From: Victivallis vadensis
Lineage (GTDB): Bacteria > Verrucomicrobiota > Kiritimatiellia > UBA8416 > CAMCYG01
NCBI GenBank assembly: GCA_945883775.1
Contig: CAMCYG010000002.1
Coordinates: 3,512-67,511, forward strand
Length of the DNA: 64,000 nucleotides
Direction: 5' to 3'
Positions 7,778 through 17,668 of the stretch are shown here, piece by piece (positions within the stretch are counted from its first letter, which is position 1; each line of letters opens with the position of its first letter). Below the pieces are notes generated by a model. That model had not been told where the DNA came from and made no database searches. It worked only from the letters and a program-made list of their open reading frames with translations. A program made the position numbers and the translations under genes.

Positions 7778-9493
7778 ATGCCGTCAAACAGGATACTGAT
7801 AAAATCAAGTAACGGCGGTTGGCTGAGTTTTTCCGGGGCAACATCCGTACTCAGGGCGGATAGTCCAGCCCAAATTGGGGAAGTTCTTAAACAAATAGAC
7901 AAAGCCTGCAATGAAGGATTCTTCGTTGCAGGCTTTATTTCTTATGAGGCGGCGGTCGGAATAGATGACCACTATAGCAACCATACCCTCAAAACGCTAC
8001 CTTATGCCTGGGTGGGGATATATCGTCAATTTAGCGCTGTTGATGATATCTTTGCGGGGACCGCGCCGGCTGATAGACTAGATTGGCGACCCTCAATTAG
8101 CAGGTCTGATTACGACTCAGCTATATCAAGGATCAAATCCTATATAATGGCAGGCGACACCTACCAGGTGAATTATACTATAAAGTTTCTGGCTAAGTTC
8201 GCTGGCAACCCTTTCTCACTCTTCCGAAGCATGCATGACGCGCAGCCTTCCATATATTCCTCTTATATCGAAACCGATGATTTTGCCATTATTTCAGTCT
8301 CACCGGAGCTATTCTTTGAGAAAAAAGGAAATCACCTGCTAAGCAGGCCCATGAAAGGTACGGCCAAGCGAGGGCTCTATCTTGAGGCCGATAACAAGGC
8401 GATAGAGAATCTCCGTAATAGCGAGAAGAATCGAGCCGAAAACGTCATGATTGTAGATATGATAAGAAATGACCTTGGCCGGATTGCGGAGAAGGGGACT
8501 GTGCAGGTGACAAGCTCCTTTGATGTAGAACGACATCCCACTGTCCTGCAGATGACCTCAACCGTAGAGGCTGAATCCTGCGCTGGAGTTGGCGACATCA
8601 TGCGGGCGATGTTTCCGTGTTCATCCATCACAGGTGCGCCTAAAGTCAGGACGATGCAGATTATTAAAGAACTCGAGCTACAGCCAAGGGGTATCTATAC
8701 GGGCGCGATCGGCTATGTTGCGCCGGGCGGTGATGCGCGGTTCAGCGTGGCTATAAGGACTGTGAGCATTGATAAAGCCTCCGGCTCAGCTGAGTACGGA
8801 ACCGGTGGGGGCGTAGTGTGGGACTCCATTGACGAGAGCGAATATCAGGAGTGCGTGTCGAAAGCGCTGGTCCTTAACACTCCGGCTCAGGACTTTGCAC
8901 TTATAGAAACATTATTGTGGCGCAAAGACACTGGATATTTTCTACTCAAAGAGCATGCTGAACGCATGGCGAATTCATCAGTTTACTTCTCTTACCCGTT
9001 TGATGAAAAAATGTTTCACCATGTAACCTCACAGGAAATTGCAAGTTTTACCTGCGACATGCGTGTCCGCGTCATTCTAGACCGTAACGGCAGAATCACT
9101 AGCGAAAGCCGGCCGATGCCGCAGACAAGACCAATGAAGGTTGCTCTATCCGACACACCCGTACACAGCGAAAACGTTTTTCTATATCATAAAACCACTA
9201 ATCGCTCTGCCTATGCCGAGGCCCTAAAGGAAGGATATGATGATGTTCTGCTGTACAACGAACGAGGAGAACTCACGGAGTCAACTATAGCCAATATTGT
9301 CCTGGAGATTGACGGCAAGAAGCTGACTCCGTGCCGTGATTCAGGGCTCCTTAATGGTGTGTATAGACGACATCTGTTGGAAAAGAACGAGATTACCGAG
9401 GCAGTCATAAGGATTGAAGATCTCGAACGTGCCCAAAAGGTCTGGTTGATAAACTCAGTCAGAGGCTGGATTGAAGTACATATTGCAAAGTAA
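7778..9493 (+). CDS. pabBC: fusion of aminodeoxychorismate synthase component I (PabB-like chorismate-binding domain) with aminodeoxychorismate lyase (PabC, fold-type IV PLP enzyme)
   Basis: The N-terminal ~350 aa carry chorismate-utilising enzyme motifs (SPELFF, MKGTAKRG, IVDMIRNDLG, SSITGAPK, GIYTGAIGY). The C-terminal ~200 aa have class-IV aminotransferase/ADC lyase features (FALIETLLW..., LYNERGELTESTIANIVLEI..., GVYRRHLL). Confidence 0.8.
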   Translation: MPSNRILIKSSNGGWLSFSGATSVLRADSPAQIGEVLKQIDKACNEGFFVAGFISYEAAVGIDDHYSNHTLKTLPYAWVGIYRQFSAVDDIFAGTAPADRLDWRPSISRSDYDSAISRIKSYIMAGDTYQVNYTIKFLAKFAGNPFSLFRSMHDAQPSIYSSYIETDDFAIISVSPELFFEKKGNHLLSRPMKGTAKRGLYLEADNKAIENLRNSEKNRAENVMIVDMIRNDLGRIAEKGTVQVTSSFDVERHPTVLQMTSTVEAESCAGVGDIMRAMFPCSSITGAPKVRTMQIIKELELQPRGIYTGAIGYVAPGGDARFSVAIRTVSIDKASGSAEYGTGGGVVWDSIDESEYQECVSKALVLNTPAQDFALIETLLWRKDTGYFLLKEHAERMANSSVYFSYPFDEKMFHHVTSQEIASFTCDMRVRVILDRNGRITSESRPMPQTRPMKVALSDTPVHSENVFLYHKTTNRSAYAEALKEGYDDVLLYNERGELTESTIANIVLEIDGKKLTPCRDSGLLNGVYRRHLLEKNEITEAVIRIEDLERAQKVWLINSVRGWIEVHIAK

Positions 9494-9534
9494 TCTAACC
9501 TTGTTTATATTAATTTCATTAAAAGGGAGAAGTT

Positions 9535-10923
9535 ATGTTAAAATACAATAAAGGGTGGAATACATTCGATTTTGATTCTTACAGCATTCATCTGGATAAT
9601 CCCAGTGAACCCATGCTTTTTAAGGACGTTTTTCCATACGATGAGGTGCCGCGTATCGGATTCAATCATAGGCTCACACCAATGCACATGCCTGATGATA
9701 TATGGATTACTGACACCTCGTTTCGAGATGGCCAGCAGTCAATGCCGCCATATACAGTAAAACAGGTTGTTGACCTTTATAGTCTTCTTCACAGACTCGG
9801 CGGACCGAAAGGCATCATAAGACAATCCGAATTCTTCCTGTATACGAAAAAAGACCAACAGGCTATCGATAAAGTTAAATCTCTGGGTTATCATTTTCCT
9901 GAAGTGACAGGTTGGATAAGGGCACACAAGAAAGATCTTATGCTGGCCAAGGAATTGGGCATGAAAGAGACAGGCATCCTGACATCAGCCTCAGATTACC
10001 ACATCTACCTGAAGCTGAAAATGGATCGAAAGCAAGTGATTGAGGAGTACACCGCAATTGTCAAAGAAGCGCTCAATCTTGGTATTATTCCAAGATGCCA
10101 CTTTGAAGATGCCACACGGGCCGATTTCTACGGCTTTGTCGTTCCGTTTGCCCATGAACTGATGAAGATAGCGACTGATGCCAATTCTATGATCAAGATC
10201 AGGGTCTGCGATACACTTGGTTTGGGCGTGCCGTATCCTGGCGTTGCCATGCCGCGATCGGTACCAGGTCTTATTTACGGGCTTGCTTACTATGCAGGCG
10301 TACCAAGCGAGTGGATGGAATGGCACGGGCATAATGACCTGCATCTTGTGACTGCAAATGCTGTAACTGCGTGGCTTTACGGATGCAGTGCCGCGAATGG
10401 AACTATCCTCGGAATAGGAGAGCGGACTGGTAATCCATCAATAGAAGGTTTGATAATGGCTTATTTGCAACTCAGAGGGAATGATGCGCAGATAGATACA
10501 ACCGCCATAACCGAAATCGCCCAGTATTTCGAGAAAAACCTTCATTTCAATATACCATCCAACCTGCCGCTGGTAGGAAAAGATTTTAATATGACCAGGG
10601 CTGGGATTCATGCAGACGGCTTGCTCAAAAATGAGGAAATATACAACCTGTTTGACACAAAGAAAATTTTAAATAGGCCGATCGAGATTCAGATAACTGA
10701 CAAGAGCGGCGTGTCAGGCATTATACTTTGGATACATAACATGATAGGCCGTGGAGCGTCTTCGCTGTTGTCAAAGGACAACCCAGGCATCATAAAAATA
10801 AATAAGTGGATCAAGCGTCAGTATGATTTAGGACGTACTACGAGTATCAGCGATAAGGAGATGTTCAAGCTGGTCAAGCAGTATCTCAAAGATTGGATCA
10901 AGGAGAGCGGTTTTGCAATATAA
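9535..10923 (+). CDS. DRE-TIM metallolyase of the HMGL-like, 2-isopropylmalate/homocitrate/citramalate synthase family
   Basis: Motifs ITDTSFRDGQQS and HGHNDLHLVTANAVTA are typical of LeuA/NifV/CimA-type aldolases. An AAGGGAG Shine-Dalgarno is present. The specific substrate cannot be told from sequence alone. Confidence 0.7.
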   Translation: MLKYNKGWNTFDFDSYSIHLDNPSEPMLFKDVFPYDEVPRIGFNHRLTPMHMPDDIWITDTSFRDGQQSMPPYTVKQVVDLYSLLHRLGGPKGIIRQSEFFLYTKKDQQAIDKVKSLGYHFPEVTGWIRAHKKDLMLAKELGMKETGILTSASDYHIYLKLKMDRKQVIEEYTAIVKEALNLGIIPRCHFEDATRADFYGFVVPFAHELMKIATDANSMIKIRVCDTLGLGVPYPGVAMPRSVPGLIYGLAYYAGVPSEWMEWHGHNDLHLVTANAVTAWLYGCSAANGTILGIGERTGNPSIEGLIMAYLQLRGNDAQIDTTAITEIAQYFEKNLHFNIPSNLPLVGKDFNMTRAGIHADGLLKNEEIYNLFDTKKILNRPIEIQITDKSGVSGIILWIHNMIGRGASSLLSKDNPGIIKINKWIKRQYDLGRTTSISDKEMFKLVKQYLKDWIKESGFAI

Positions 10924-11458
10924 GGTGCTGACATACGGTAATAGCGAACTTCGCAAAAAGGCAGTGCCTGTCAAGAATGTTGACGATGACATCAGGCGGA
11001 TTGCCAAGGATATGGTCCGTACGATGTATGAGAATAACGGACTTGGTTTAGCGGCTGAGCAGGTAGGCAGAACTGAATCTATATTTGTCGTGGATGTAAC
11101 GCCGGTTGTAAACAGCAGCAAAGGAGCAGAAAAGATTCCCGACGGTCTTGAAATGCCAGCCGTGTTTATAAATCCTAAGATCGTTGAGACCGTAGGTGAG
11201 ATATGCGAGAAGGAAGGGTGCCTTAGTTTTCCAGAAATTTTTATTACAATAAAGAGGGCTAGCTGCATTAAGGTGTCGTTTCTCGATCTGCAGGGCAGGG
11301 AACGGTTGATTACCGCCGAAGGCATTCTTTCCAGAGCAATACAGCACGAGAATGATCATTTAAACGGTAAACTACTCTACGACCACATGTCTACTATTCA
11401 AAAGGTAGCCTTTTCTGGAAGTCTTAAGAAGCTTAAGCAACTAAGCAAGAAAACTTAG
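10913..11458 (+). CDS. def: peptide deformylase
   Basis: The three PDF motifs are present: GLAAEQVG, EGCLSFP and QHENDHLNG. Confidence 0.9.
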   Translation: MQYKVLTYGNSELRKKAVPVKNVDDDIRRIAKDMVRTMYENNGLGLAAEQVGRTESIFVVDVTPVVNSSKGAEKIPDGLEMPAVFINPKIVETVGEICEKEGCLSFPEIFITIKRASCIKVSFLDLQGRERLITAEGILSRAIQHENDHLNGKLLYDHMSTIQKVAFSGSLKKLKQLSKKT

Positions 11459-11498
11459 CCTGCTTTGCTGCGCGAGCTAATCTCTAAAGACACACCCT

Positions 11499-14126
11499 TC
11501 ACAGAAATTCGTTAATGATGCCGGAAAGGGAAGGACATTTCTTTCGATCTATACCATCAAGAATCAAACCCAGAGTTTTCACAACTTTGGGCTTCAGTCC
11601 GATTTCCATGTTTCTTGCCTGCTGGCAACAGCTCACAAGCCTGCCGGCTAACATTTCATTTACACCAGAGAGCTTGATAATTGTGTGCCTCAGCCAGTTT
11701 AGTCCATCTTCTGTCCATAACATCTTGTTGTTATTGACCATGGATGAGTACAACGGTCGAATGTAAGTAGGATGATCTGTACGAAATGTAGATCTCGATT
11801 CTTCGCGTTTTATCATTCCGAACACATCATCGCTTTTTCCTGTTCCTATGATGCTGAGATAAGACGTATAGGCGCTTAAATGGATTTTCCATGTTTCATA
11901 AGCCTCCTCCATCATCCGTTTCTTGTCAGGATGGCTTGATATGTAAATGCAGGACAAGGCTGATAGCTTGTCGGTTATATTCCAGGCTTTTCTAAAATGC
12001 GTCTCCGCCAGCTGCTGAGCTTGTGGTGTATCGGCCTCTATGATCATACGAAGAATTACCGACTTTAGCTTTCTGTTCTCTATTCCATCTTCCGGTCGTT
12101 TAGACTTCTTGTATGTATCGACGCTAAGAAACAGATCTGTAAGTTGATTCATGTGCCTATCGGCGACAGCTTGCATGAGCTTTGACCGGGCAAAGTAACG
12201 TTGTCGATATTTCGGGATCATTGAGCGGTCCAGCGACATTTCGTCAACCGAAAGCAGGTATGCCTTTATTGCCGGATTGAGATTCCGCATGGAAATGATT
12301 TTGCCATAAACATTAAGCCATTCCTCGCTAGGTGCCAGCTCAATGTTGTGGATAAGCTTAATCCGTTCCAAATCAGTAATGGACCGTAATGCCTCGACAC
12401 GGCTGAATAAATCGCTGTCATTTTCTATCTTCAGCAGCATCTGTTCTCTGGTTTCCGATCGATTCTCGAATGTGCCATAGAAGGAGTAATTCCTGTTCAT
12501 TGACATAAAAGCCGGTTTTGGACATTTACCGACTTCGACAGTCAAATGCTCCTCCTTTAATTCTATTATCCTGTCTAATTTCTTAATTTCTGCATTTTTT
12601 TCATCCATTCCGCCAATTCTTATCGGTATATGGAAACAGCCGCCTTTGCCTGTTCTCTTCTGCGTAAAATCCATCGAGATGTTTTTCTTTGCGCTGTTGT
12701 ATGTATATGAGGCCTTTACCATTGGGTATCCAATGGTGAAAAGCCATTCTTTCTTGAATTGTGAGAGGTCTCGACCACTTGCCTTCTCAAAACAGGCAAA
12801 GAACTGATCTGTATTGGCATTTGAACCATTGTATTTCTTGAAATAGGCAAGCTTGCCTTGCTTGAATGCCTTGGTTCCTATAATGCTTCTCAGCATGCCG
12901 ATAACTTCCGCGCCCTTGACATAGGTTACACCGTCAATCATCTCGTCAGGATCATTGAATCCTTCCCTCACGATCCGACCTTGTTTGCCAGCATCTTCTA
13001 CTGAAAGCGGGCCACCGATAGGAGCCCGGATACTGTCAACTTCCTTCAGTCGTGCGCTGGCTGGATTGAACTGATGCCTATGAAACTGGCGCTCTACGTC
13101 AACCGTGTAGGCCTCGTTCAGCCAAATATCAAAAGGTGTCTGCATCGTAACGTCACTGCCGCATTGGTTGTGTTCAAATTCGTGTAATATGACGCCATGC
13201 GCGTATTCCAGTCTGGAATCCGTTGTAAACTCATCTATCATTGCGGCATCGGTGACAATGGTCGTGTTTCCCACGTTTTCCATTCCGCCGAAGTTGGATT
13301 TTTCCATGCAAATTGTGCGGTAAACGTCTCTTGGGTATTCGTAGTCCTGCGTTCTGGCATGCCAAGCCATGGACTCTTTCAATATCTGCATCGGCAGTCT
13401 TGCTCCCTTACGCCGCCCCGGAGGGACAAGATACTCGAGCTGGACTTCTCGCCCCGAAGGATAAACGAATGAGTCCTTCAGACAATCCCATGTCCCGGCA
13501 CAGAACAGCGTCAGGTATGGTGCCATTGGTATGTCATTTACATAGGTAATGACTTTGCGTGAAGCATCTCCCGGCTTGAGGATTGGAATCCCTTTAGGGT
13601 TGGTATCCTTACATATATTGCCATTTGTGATGAGATGGGTATACCTTGCATCTCCCTCTAGAGTGGTCCGGAATGTACATTTAGCAGTACAGTCATCAAA
13701 GATCGGCAGAACACGCTGAAACCCCCATTGCTGTATCTGAGACATATACTGTTGAGGACAACCCGGTGGGGTAGTGTCGCGGTAAATGCCCTCCAGCATA
13801 TTTCCGGTCGGATGGCATACAACATCCGCCTTGATATAAAAGACGGTTCCGGCCCTGATCGTCCGACCAAGACTGACAACAAGCTTATTCTCCGCTTTTT
13901 CATAGTCGTATATCAGCGGAAGGCCTTTATCGGTTGTTATGGAGACAATGTCGAGCCCCCGGGCATCAAGAGTTACTTTGTTTATCGACTTGCGGGCCGT
14001 CATCTTCAGTTTTATGAAGCCTTCTACACGATCTTCGAAAAAACTGATGCGAACATCGCAATGATGTAATTTCACAGCTAAAGGCTTGAAGTCTGAGCGA
14101 TTATATTTGAAAAACTTGTTTTTCAT
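11499..14126 (-). CDS. pepN: aminopeptidase N (M1 family zinc metallopeptidase)
   Basis: A GAMEN-like motif GGMEN and a zinc-binding motif HEFEHNQCG followed by a downstream Glu are present. The 875-aa length matches PepN. Confidence 0.9.
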   Translation of the reverse strand: MKNKFFKYNRSDFKPLAVKLHHCDVRISFFEDRVEGFIKLKMTARKSINKVTLDARGLDIVSITTDKGLPLIYDYEKAENKLVVSLGRTIRAGTVFYIKADVVCHPTGNMLEGIYRDTTPPGCPQQYMSQIQQWGFQRVLPIFDDCTAKCTFRTTLEGDARYTHLITNGNICKDTNPKGIPILKPGDASRKVITYVNDIPMAPYLTLFCAGTWDCLKDSFVYPSGREVQLEYLVPPGRRKGARLPMQILKESMAWHARTQDYEYPRDVYRTICMEKSNFGGMENVGNTTIVTDAAMIDEFTTDSRLEYAHGVILHEFEHNQCGSDVTMQTPFDIWLNEAYTVDVERQFHRHQFNPASARLKEVDSIRAPIGGPLSVEDAGKQGRIVREGFNDPDEMIDGVTYVKGAEVIGMLRSIIGTKAFKQGKLAYFKKYNGSNANTDQFFACFEKASGRDLSQFKKEWLFTIGYPMVKASYTYNSAKKNISMDFTQKRTGKGGCFHIPIRIGGMDEKNAEIKKLDRIIELKEEHLTVEVGKCPKPAFMSMNRNYSFYGTFENRSETREQMLLKIENDSDLFSRVEALRSITDLERIKLIHNIELAPSEEWLNVYGKIISMRNLNPAIKAYLLSVDEMSLDRSMIPKYRQRYFARSKLMQAVADRHMNQLTDLFLSVDTYKKSKRPEDGIENRKLKSVILRMIIEADTPQAQQLAETHFRKAWNITDKLSALSCIYISSHPDKKRMMEEAYETWKIHLSAYTSYLSIIGTGKSDDVFGMIKREESRSTFRTDHPTYIRPLYSSMVNNNKMLWTEDGLNWLRHTIIKLSGVNEMLAGRLVSCCQQARNMEIGLKPKVVKTLGLILDGIDRKKCPSLSGIINEFL

Positions 14127-14209
14127 GCTTTGTTTTCACCCCGAAAGGCAACCGCGCTTGTGTTACGCGCATGCCGATAAAAGGGTTTGTGATTAATACG
14201 CCACAGCAT

Positions 14210-14761
14210 TCAGGTTCCTTTAAATATCTTCGAACGATAGAATGCAAGTTCGGTAATTGACTCCATGATGTCTTCAAGCGCGCGGTGGCATTCTTGCTTT
14301 TTTGGAGGTTCGCATTTCTTTCCATACCAGCGCCTGGCCAGCTGTTTGACCGTACTCACGTCTATGCTCTGATAGTGAAAAAAAGCATGGAGCTCAGGCA
14401 TGTATTTAACTAGGAAGCGACGGTCCTGCCCGATAGTGTTTCCGCATAAAGGTGATTTTTTGGCACGACAGTATTGGCGAAGAAACGCAAGCGTCTCTGC
14501 CTCAGCTTTCTTGGCGCTTACTCCTTCTTTGCTCATACGATCAAGCAATCCACTCGAAGTGTGGGTCTTCCAGCACCAGCTATCCATCTTGTTCAAAGCT
14601 GATTTCGTCTGCTTGATTGTCAAGCATGGTCCTTTTGCGACAACTTTAAGCCTATTATCAGTTATGACAGTGGCGATCTCCAGAAGTACATGTTGCTCCG
14701 GGTCTAAGCCAGTCATTTCACAATCGATCCAGATTAAAAGGTTGTTGTTCTTTTTTTGCAT
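14210..14761 (-). CDS. orn: oligoribonuclease (DEDDh 3'-5' exonuclease)
   Basis: LIWIDCEMTGLDP is the Exo I motif. Conserved H and D residues are present and the 183-aa length fits Orn. Confidence 0.9.
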   Translation of the reverse strand: MQKKNNNLLIWIDCEMTGLDPEQHVLLEIATVITDNRLKVVAKGPCLTIKQTKSALNKMDSWCWKTHTSSGLLDRMSKEGVSAKKAEAETLAFLRQYCRAKKSPLCGNTIGQDRRFLVKYMPELHAFFHYQSIDVSTVKQLARRWYGKKCEPPKKQECHRALEDIMESITELAFYRSKIFKGT

Positions 14762-14762
14762 T

Positions 14763-15119
14763 TTAGCCCACCGTCAGCTTGTCTTTGAATAAGAAAAACA
14801 CCGCGCCCATGATGCATAATCCAGCCCAGAGATAGTTGAGGCTGAGCTTTTCTTTCATCACCATAATAGAGAAGGGTACAAATACGAGAAGCGTGATAAC
14901 CTCCTGAAGTATTTTCAACTGGCCGACATTCATTGCCTGATATCCTATTCGGTTGGCAGGAACCTGAAGGAGATACTCGAAAAGCGCGATGCCCCAGCTT
15001 ATCAAGGCGGCGACTATCCAAGGCTTATGCGAAAGATTTCGCAGATGCCCGTACCATGCAAATGTCATAAAGACATTGCTGCATCCCAATAAAAGTGCTG
15101 TGATAACGTAAGGTTTCAT
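14763..15119 (-). CDS. small DMT-superfamily membrane protein (DUF486/COG3169-like)
   Basis: 118-aa protein with four hydrophobic helices and an EamA-like small-transporter architecture. Confidence 0.6.
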   Translation of the reverse strand: MKPYVITALLLGCSNVFMTFAWYGHLRNLSHKPWIVAALISWGIALFEYLLQVPANRIGYQAMNVGQLKILQEVITLLVFVPFSIMVMKEKLSLNYLWAGLCIMGAVFFLFKDKLTVG

Positions 15120-15121
15120 TA

Positions 15122-16126
15122 TTAAAGCGCCTTTGTTTGCAGGGAAATGTTTGAATCAATGTCATTCTTCAGAAGTTCGGACAAACACTGAACAGCTTTG
15201 CTTTGGGCGCTTATTCCGATCGGTTTATGGTCGAATTCTCTGACTCTGACTACATTGATGGTCGTACCAACTAATATTATCTCTGCTGCATTTGCGACCT
15301 GTCCGTAAGTTATGTCGGCCTGGGATATGTCACTTAGGACACCATCATTAATTAACGTATCCGCAAGTTCAATAACGCGCATCATCGTTGTTCCGCATAG
15401 GATACTGTCAAGCTTAGGGAACAAAAGACGATTGTCCGCAGTGATGATCCCAACGTTTTCTGTAGCGCCTTCTGCTAGGAACCCATTTGCATCGAATCCG
15501 ACTACAAAATCAACCTTGCCGTCTATGGCTTCTTTCTTCATAAGCACATTCGGCAGATAGTTACAGCTTTTTAATCCTGCAAAGAATGATGGCTTTACGG
15601 GTATGCGACTTTTCATGACGGTTGCGCCTTCTGGGTGTAGCTCCATGAACGCTGATTTAAGATCAGTTACTATTATATATATCTGTGATTCGGGACAGTC
15701 ATAGGGGTTGACGTCAAAACTGCCAGGCCCGCGTGATATGAGAAGACGTATAGAACAGTTTTTTTTGCCGGCGACTTTTACTGTTTCTACGATAAGATTG
15801 GATATCTCTTTCTCGCTTTTGGGCAGTTCATGGTAAAGAGCAGTGGCGGAATGCTTGAGCCGCATAAGGTGCGACTCCAGGTTGTATATGTTTCCGTTGA
15901 GGCATTTCATCGTTTCAAAAACACCATCGCCCCTGTGCACGATATGATCATCTACGGGAACAGTCATAAGGGCAGGATCTGTCACAATCCCGTCGATGAC
16001 GCTTGAATACATTGCGAGGTACTTGCTGTGGAAAGGGCGCCGAATCTTTTGGGCTATTTCCACCATGTCTTTTATGTCATATATCTTCATGGGGTGATAG
16101 AATATGCAAAGAACGGAAGAATACAA
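15122..16126 (-). CDS. fold-type IV PLP aminotransferase (branched-chain amino acid or D-amino acid aminotransferase family)
   Basis: HIVHRGDGVFETMK and downstream conserved blocks are typical of IlvE/DAAT/PabC-fold enzymes. The true start may instead be the MKIYDIK ATG at 16090. Confidence 0.8.
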   Translation of the reverse strand: MYSSVLCIFYHPMKIYDIKDMVEIAQKIRRPFHSKYLAMYSSVIDGIVTDPALMTVPVDDHIVHRGDGVFETMKCLNGNIYNLESHLMRLKHSATALYHELPKSEKEISNLIVETVKVAGKKNCSIRLLISRGPGSFDVNPYDCPESQIYIIVTDLKSAFMELHPEGATVMKSRIPVKPSFFAGLKSCNYLPNVLMKKEAIDGKVDFVVGFDANGFLAEGATENVGIITADNRLLFPKLDSILCGTTMMRVIELADTLINDGVLSDISQADITYGQVANAAEIILVGTTINVVRVREFDHKPIGISAQSKAVQCLSELLKNDIDSNISLQTKAL

Positions 16127-16175
16127 TAAACATCTTCGAGTATTGATATTTTACGCCGAATAATCCATTGTTTAG

Positions 16176-17519
16176 TTGCGTATGAATAGCATGACTAGAT
16201 TATTAATTTGGTTGGTACTGTTTCTTGTGTTGGTGCTTAACGGTTGTACTACACATCCGAAGGTTACTGCACAAGTATTTGTCAGGCCGGGGGTATTCGC
16301 GGACAAGGTCGACAAAAGGATTATACTTGATGCAGAAGGCACTGAGGCAACAAAGAATACTATTATTGAATACTTAGTCATTGGTGCCGATAGCGGACAT
16401 GGATATGAATCTCTTTTTAAAACAATGGCCAAACCGTCTGACGTCAAAGCTGCCCTGGAGTTCATAGGCATGACACCTGGTCGTGCGACTGACTACAGCA
16501 AGGCCCGGTTATGGCCCAAGGGGGAGAGAGTATCCTGCATGGTAACCTGTCCTTCCAACTCATTTTCAGAGCGAAAAATAGAGACGATGATATATAATAA
16601 CAGAGAGAAACGTGTAATGACTGCTTCTGGCTTTACATTCATAGGTTCAAGACAGATCCCGTCAAGAGAAAAACCGTCACAAACGGTGTTTGCCGCAGAT
16701 GCAAGAGAACCAAACTCGATTATATCTGATTACAATGAGCCTGATTCGATACTTGATGTTCCGAGATTTGCGCCGCAGGATCATGTATACGAAAGCATGG
16801 TCTTGAATCCGGAATTTGTCCCAGGGGAGGGCAGGCCTGTAAAGCTGATTATAGAACCTGAAAACAAAAATGGTAAACTGCGCGTGCAGGATATCCTGAT
16901 GAGAGTCGCTTTAAAGAGTCAGAAATCCACAAGTCTTGGAGATCTCAGGATTACACTGACTGACTCAAAGGGTATTAAGCTCTGCGATAATGCTGAGCTG
17001 AGCGATTCGGTAAAGATATTCCAAAAAATGGCAGAAAACGGACAAGACCCGTTTCTTGTCATTGTTTATGATGCTAACCTGCCGCTAAAGCTCATACGTG
17101 ATATTTCTTCCATACTGGCTGCATTAGAACAGGAAAATGGCATAAAGATAGATGAGCCAGCCGAGGGCACTTTATATTACAAAGCATTCATCCCGGATAA
17201 CAAATTCCGGGAAAGAAAAGACAGGCTCGCCCAGCCATGGGAGCTACATCTGATCAAGGATAATCAGCTGATAAAAGCTGAACTGATCAAACTTGAAGAG
17301 ATATGGCAGGAAGACGAATCCACCTCTCTCGTTGAAGTAAAAGAACACAAGTACAATCTGACCCAACCCTCCGTTCTTTTGTCGACGCTGAAGAATAACG
17401 GACCAGGTCTTCCTGTGATAATAGTCTATGCTTCCGAGGATGTTACCAACGGAGAGTTAATGCAGTATCTTTCCTCTGTAATAGGCGAGTACCCCACCGT
17501 ACATGTGTTTATTGAGTAA
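16176..17519 (+). CDS. probable lipoprotein of unknown function (447 aa)
   Basis: Signal peptide with a lipobox-like sequence LVLVLNGC. I recognise no catalytic motifs. Confidence 0.6.
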   Translation: MRMNSMTRLLIWLVLFLVLVLNGCTTHPKVTAQVFVRPGVFADKVDKRIILDAEGTEATKNTIIEYLVIGADSGHGYESLFKTMAKPSDVKAALEFIGMTPGRATDYSKARLWPKGERVSCMVTCPSNSFSERKIETMIYNNREKRVMTASGFTFIGSRQIPSREKPSQTVFAADAREPNSIISDYNEPDSILDVPRFAPQDHVYESMVLNPEFVPGEGRPVKLIIEPENKNGKLRVQDILMRVALKSQKSTSLGDLRITLTDSKGIKLCDNAELSDSVKIFQKMAENGQDPFLVIVYDANLPLKLIRDISSILAALEQENGIKIDEPAEGTLYYKAFIPDNKFRERKDRLAQPWELHLIKDNQLIKAELIKLEEIWQEDESTSLVEVKEHKYNLTQPSVLLSTLKNNGPGLPVIIVYASEDVTNGELMQYLSSVIGEYPTVHVFIE

Positions 17520-17668
17520 AGATGCCATTTGTCCTTGATAAATCAGCTGAGGATATCCTGGATTTGTCCAATGCCGAAGCCTCTGAGCATTAACGCTGTT
17601 TACCCTCTTGATTATTACAGGAAGGTCAGATATTCTTGCCGTCCATTTGTAAGGAGCGGAAGATAGCA

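Noticed and set aside
11459-11498. Possible bidirectional terminator between def and pepN
   Set aside because: There is only a weak GC hairpin (gcgcgagc) with no U-tract on either strand, which is insufficient evidence.
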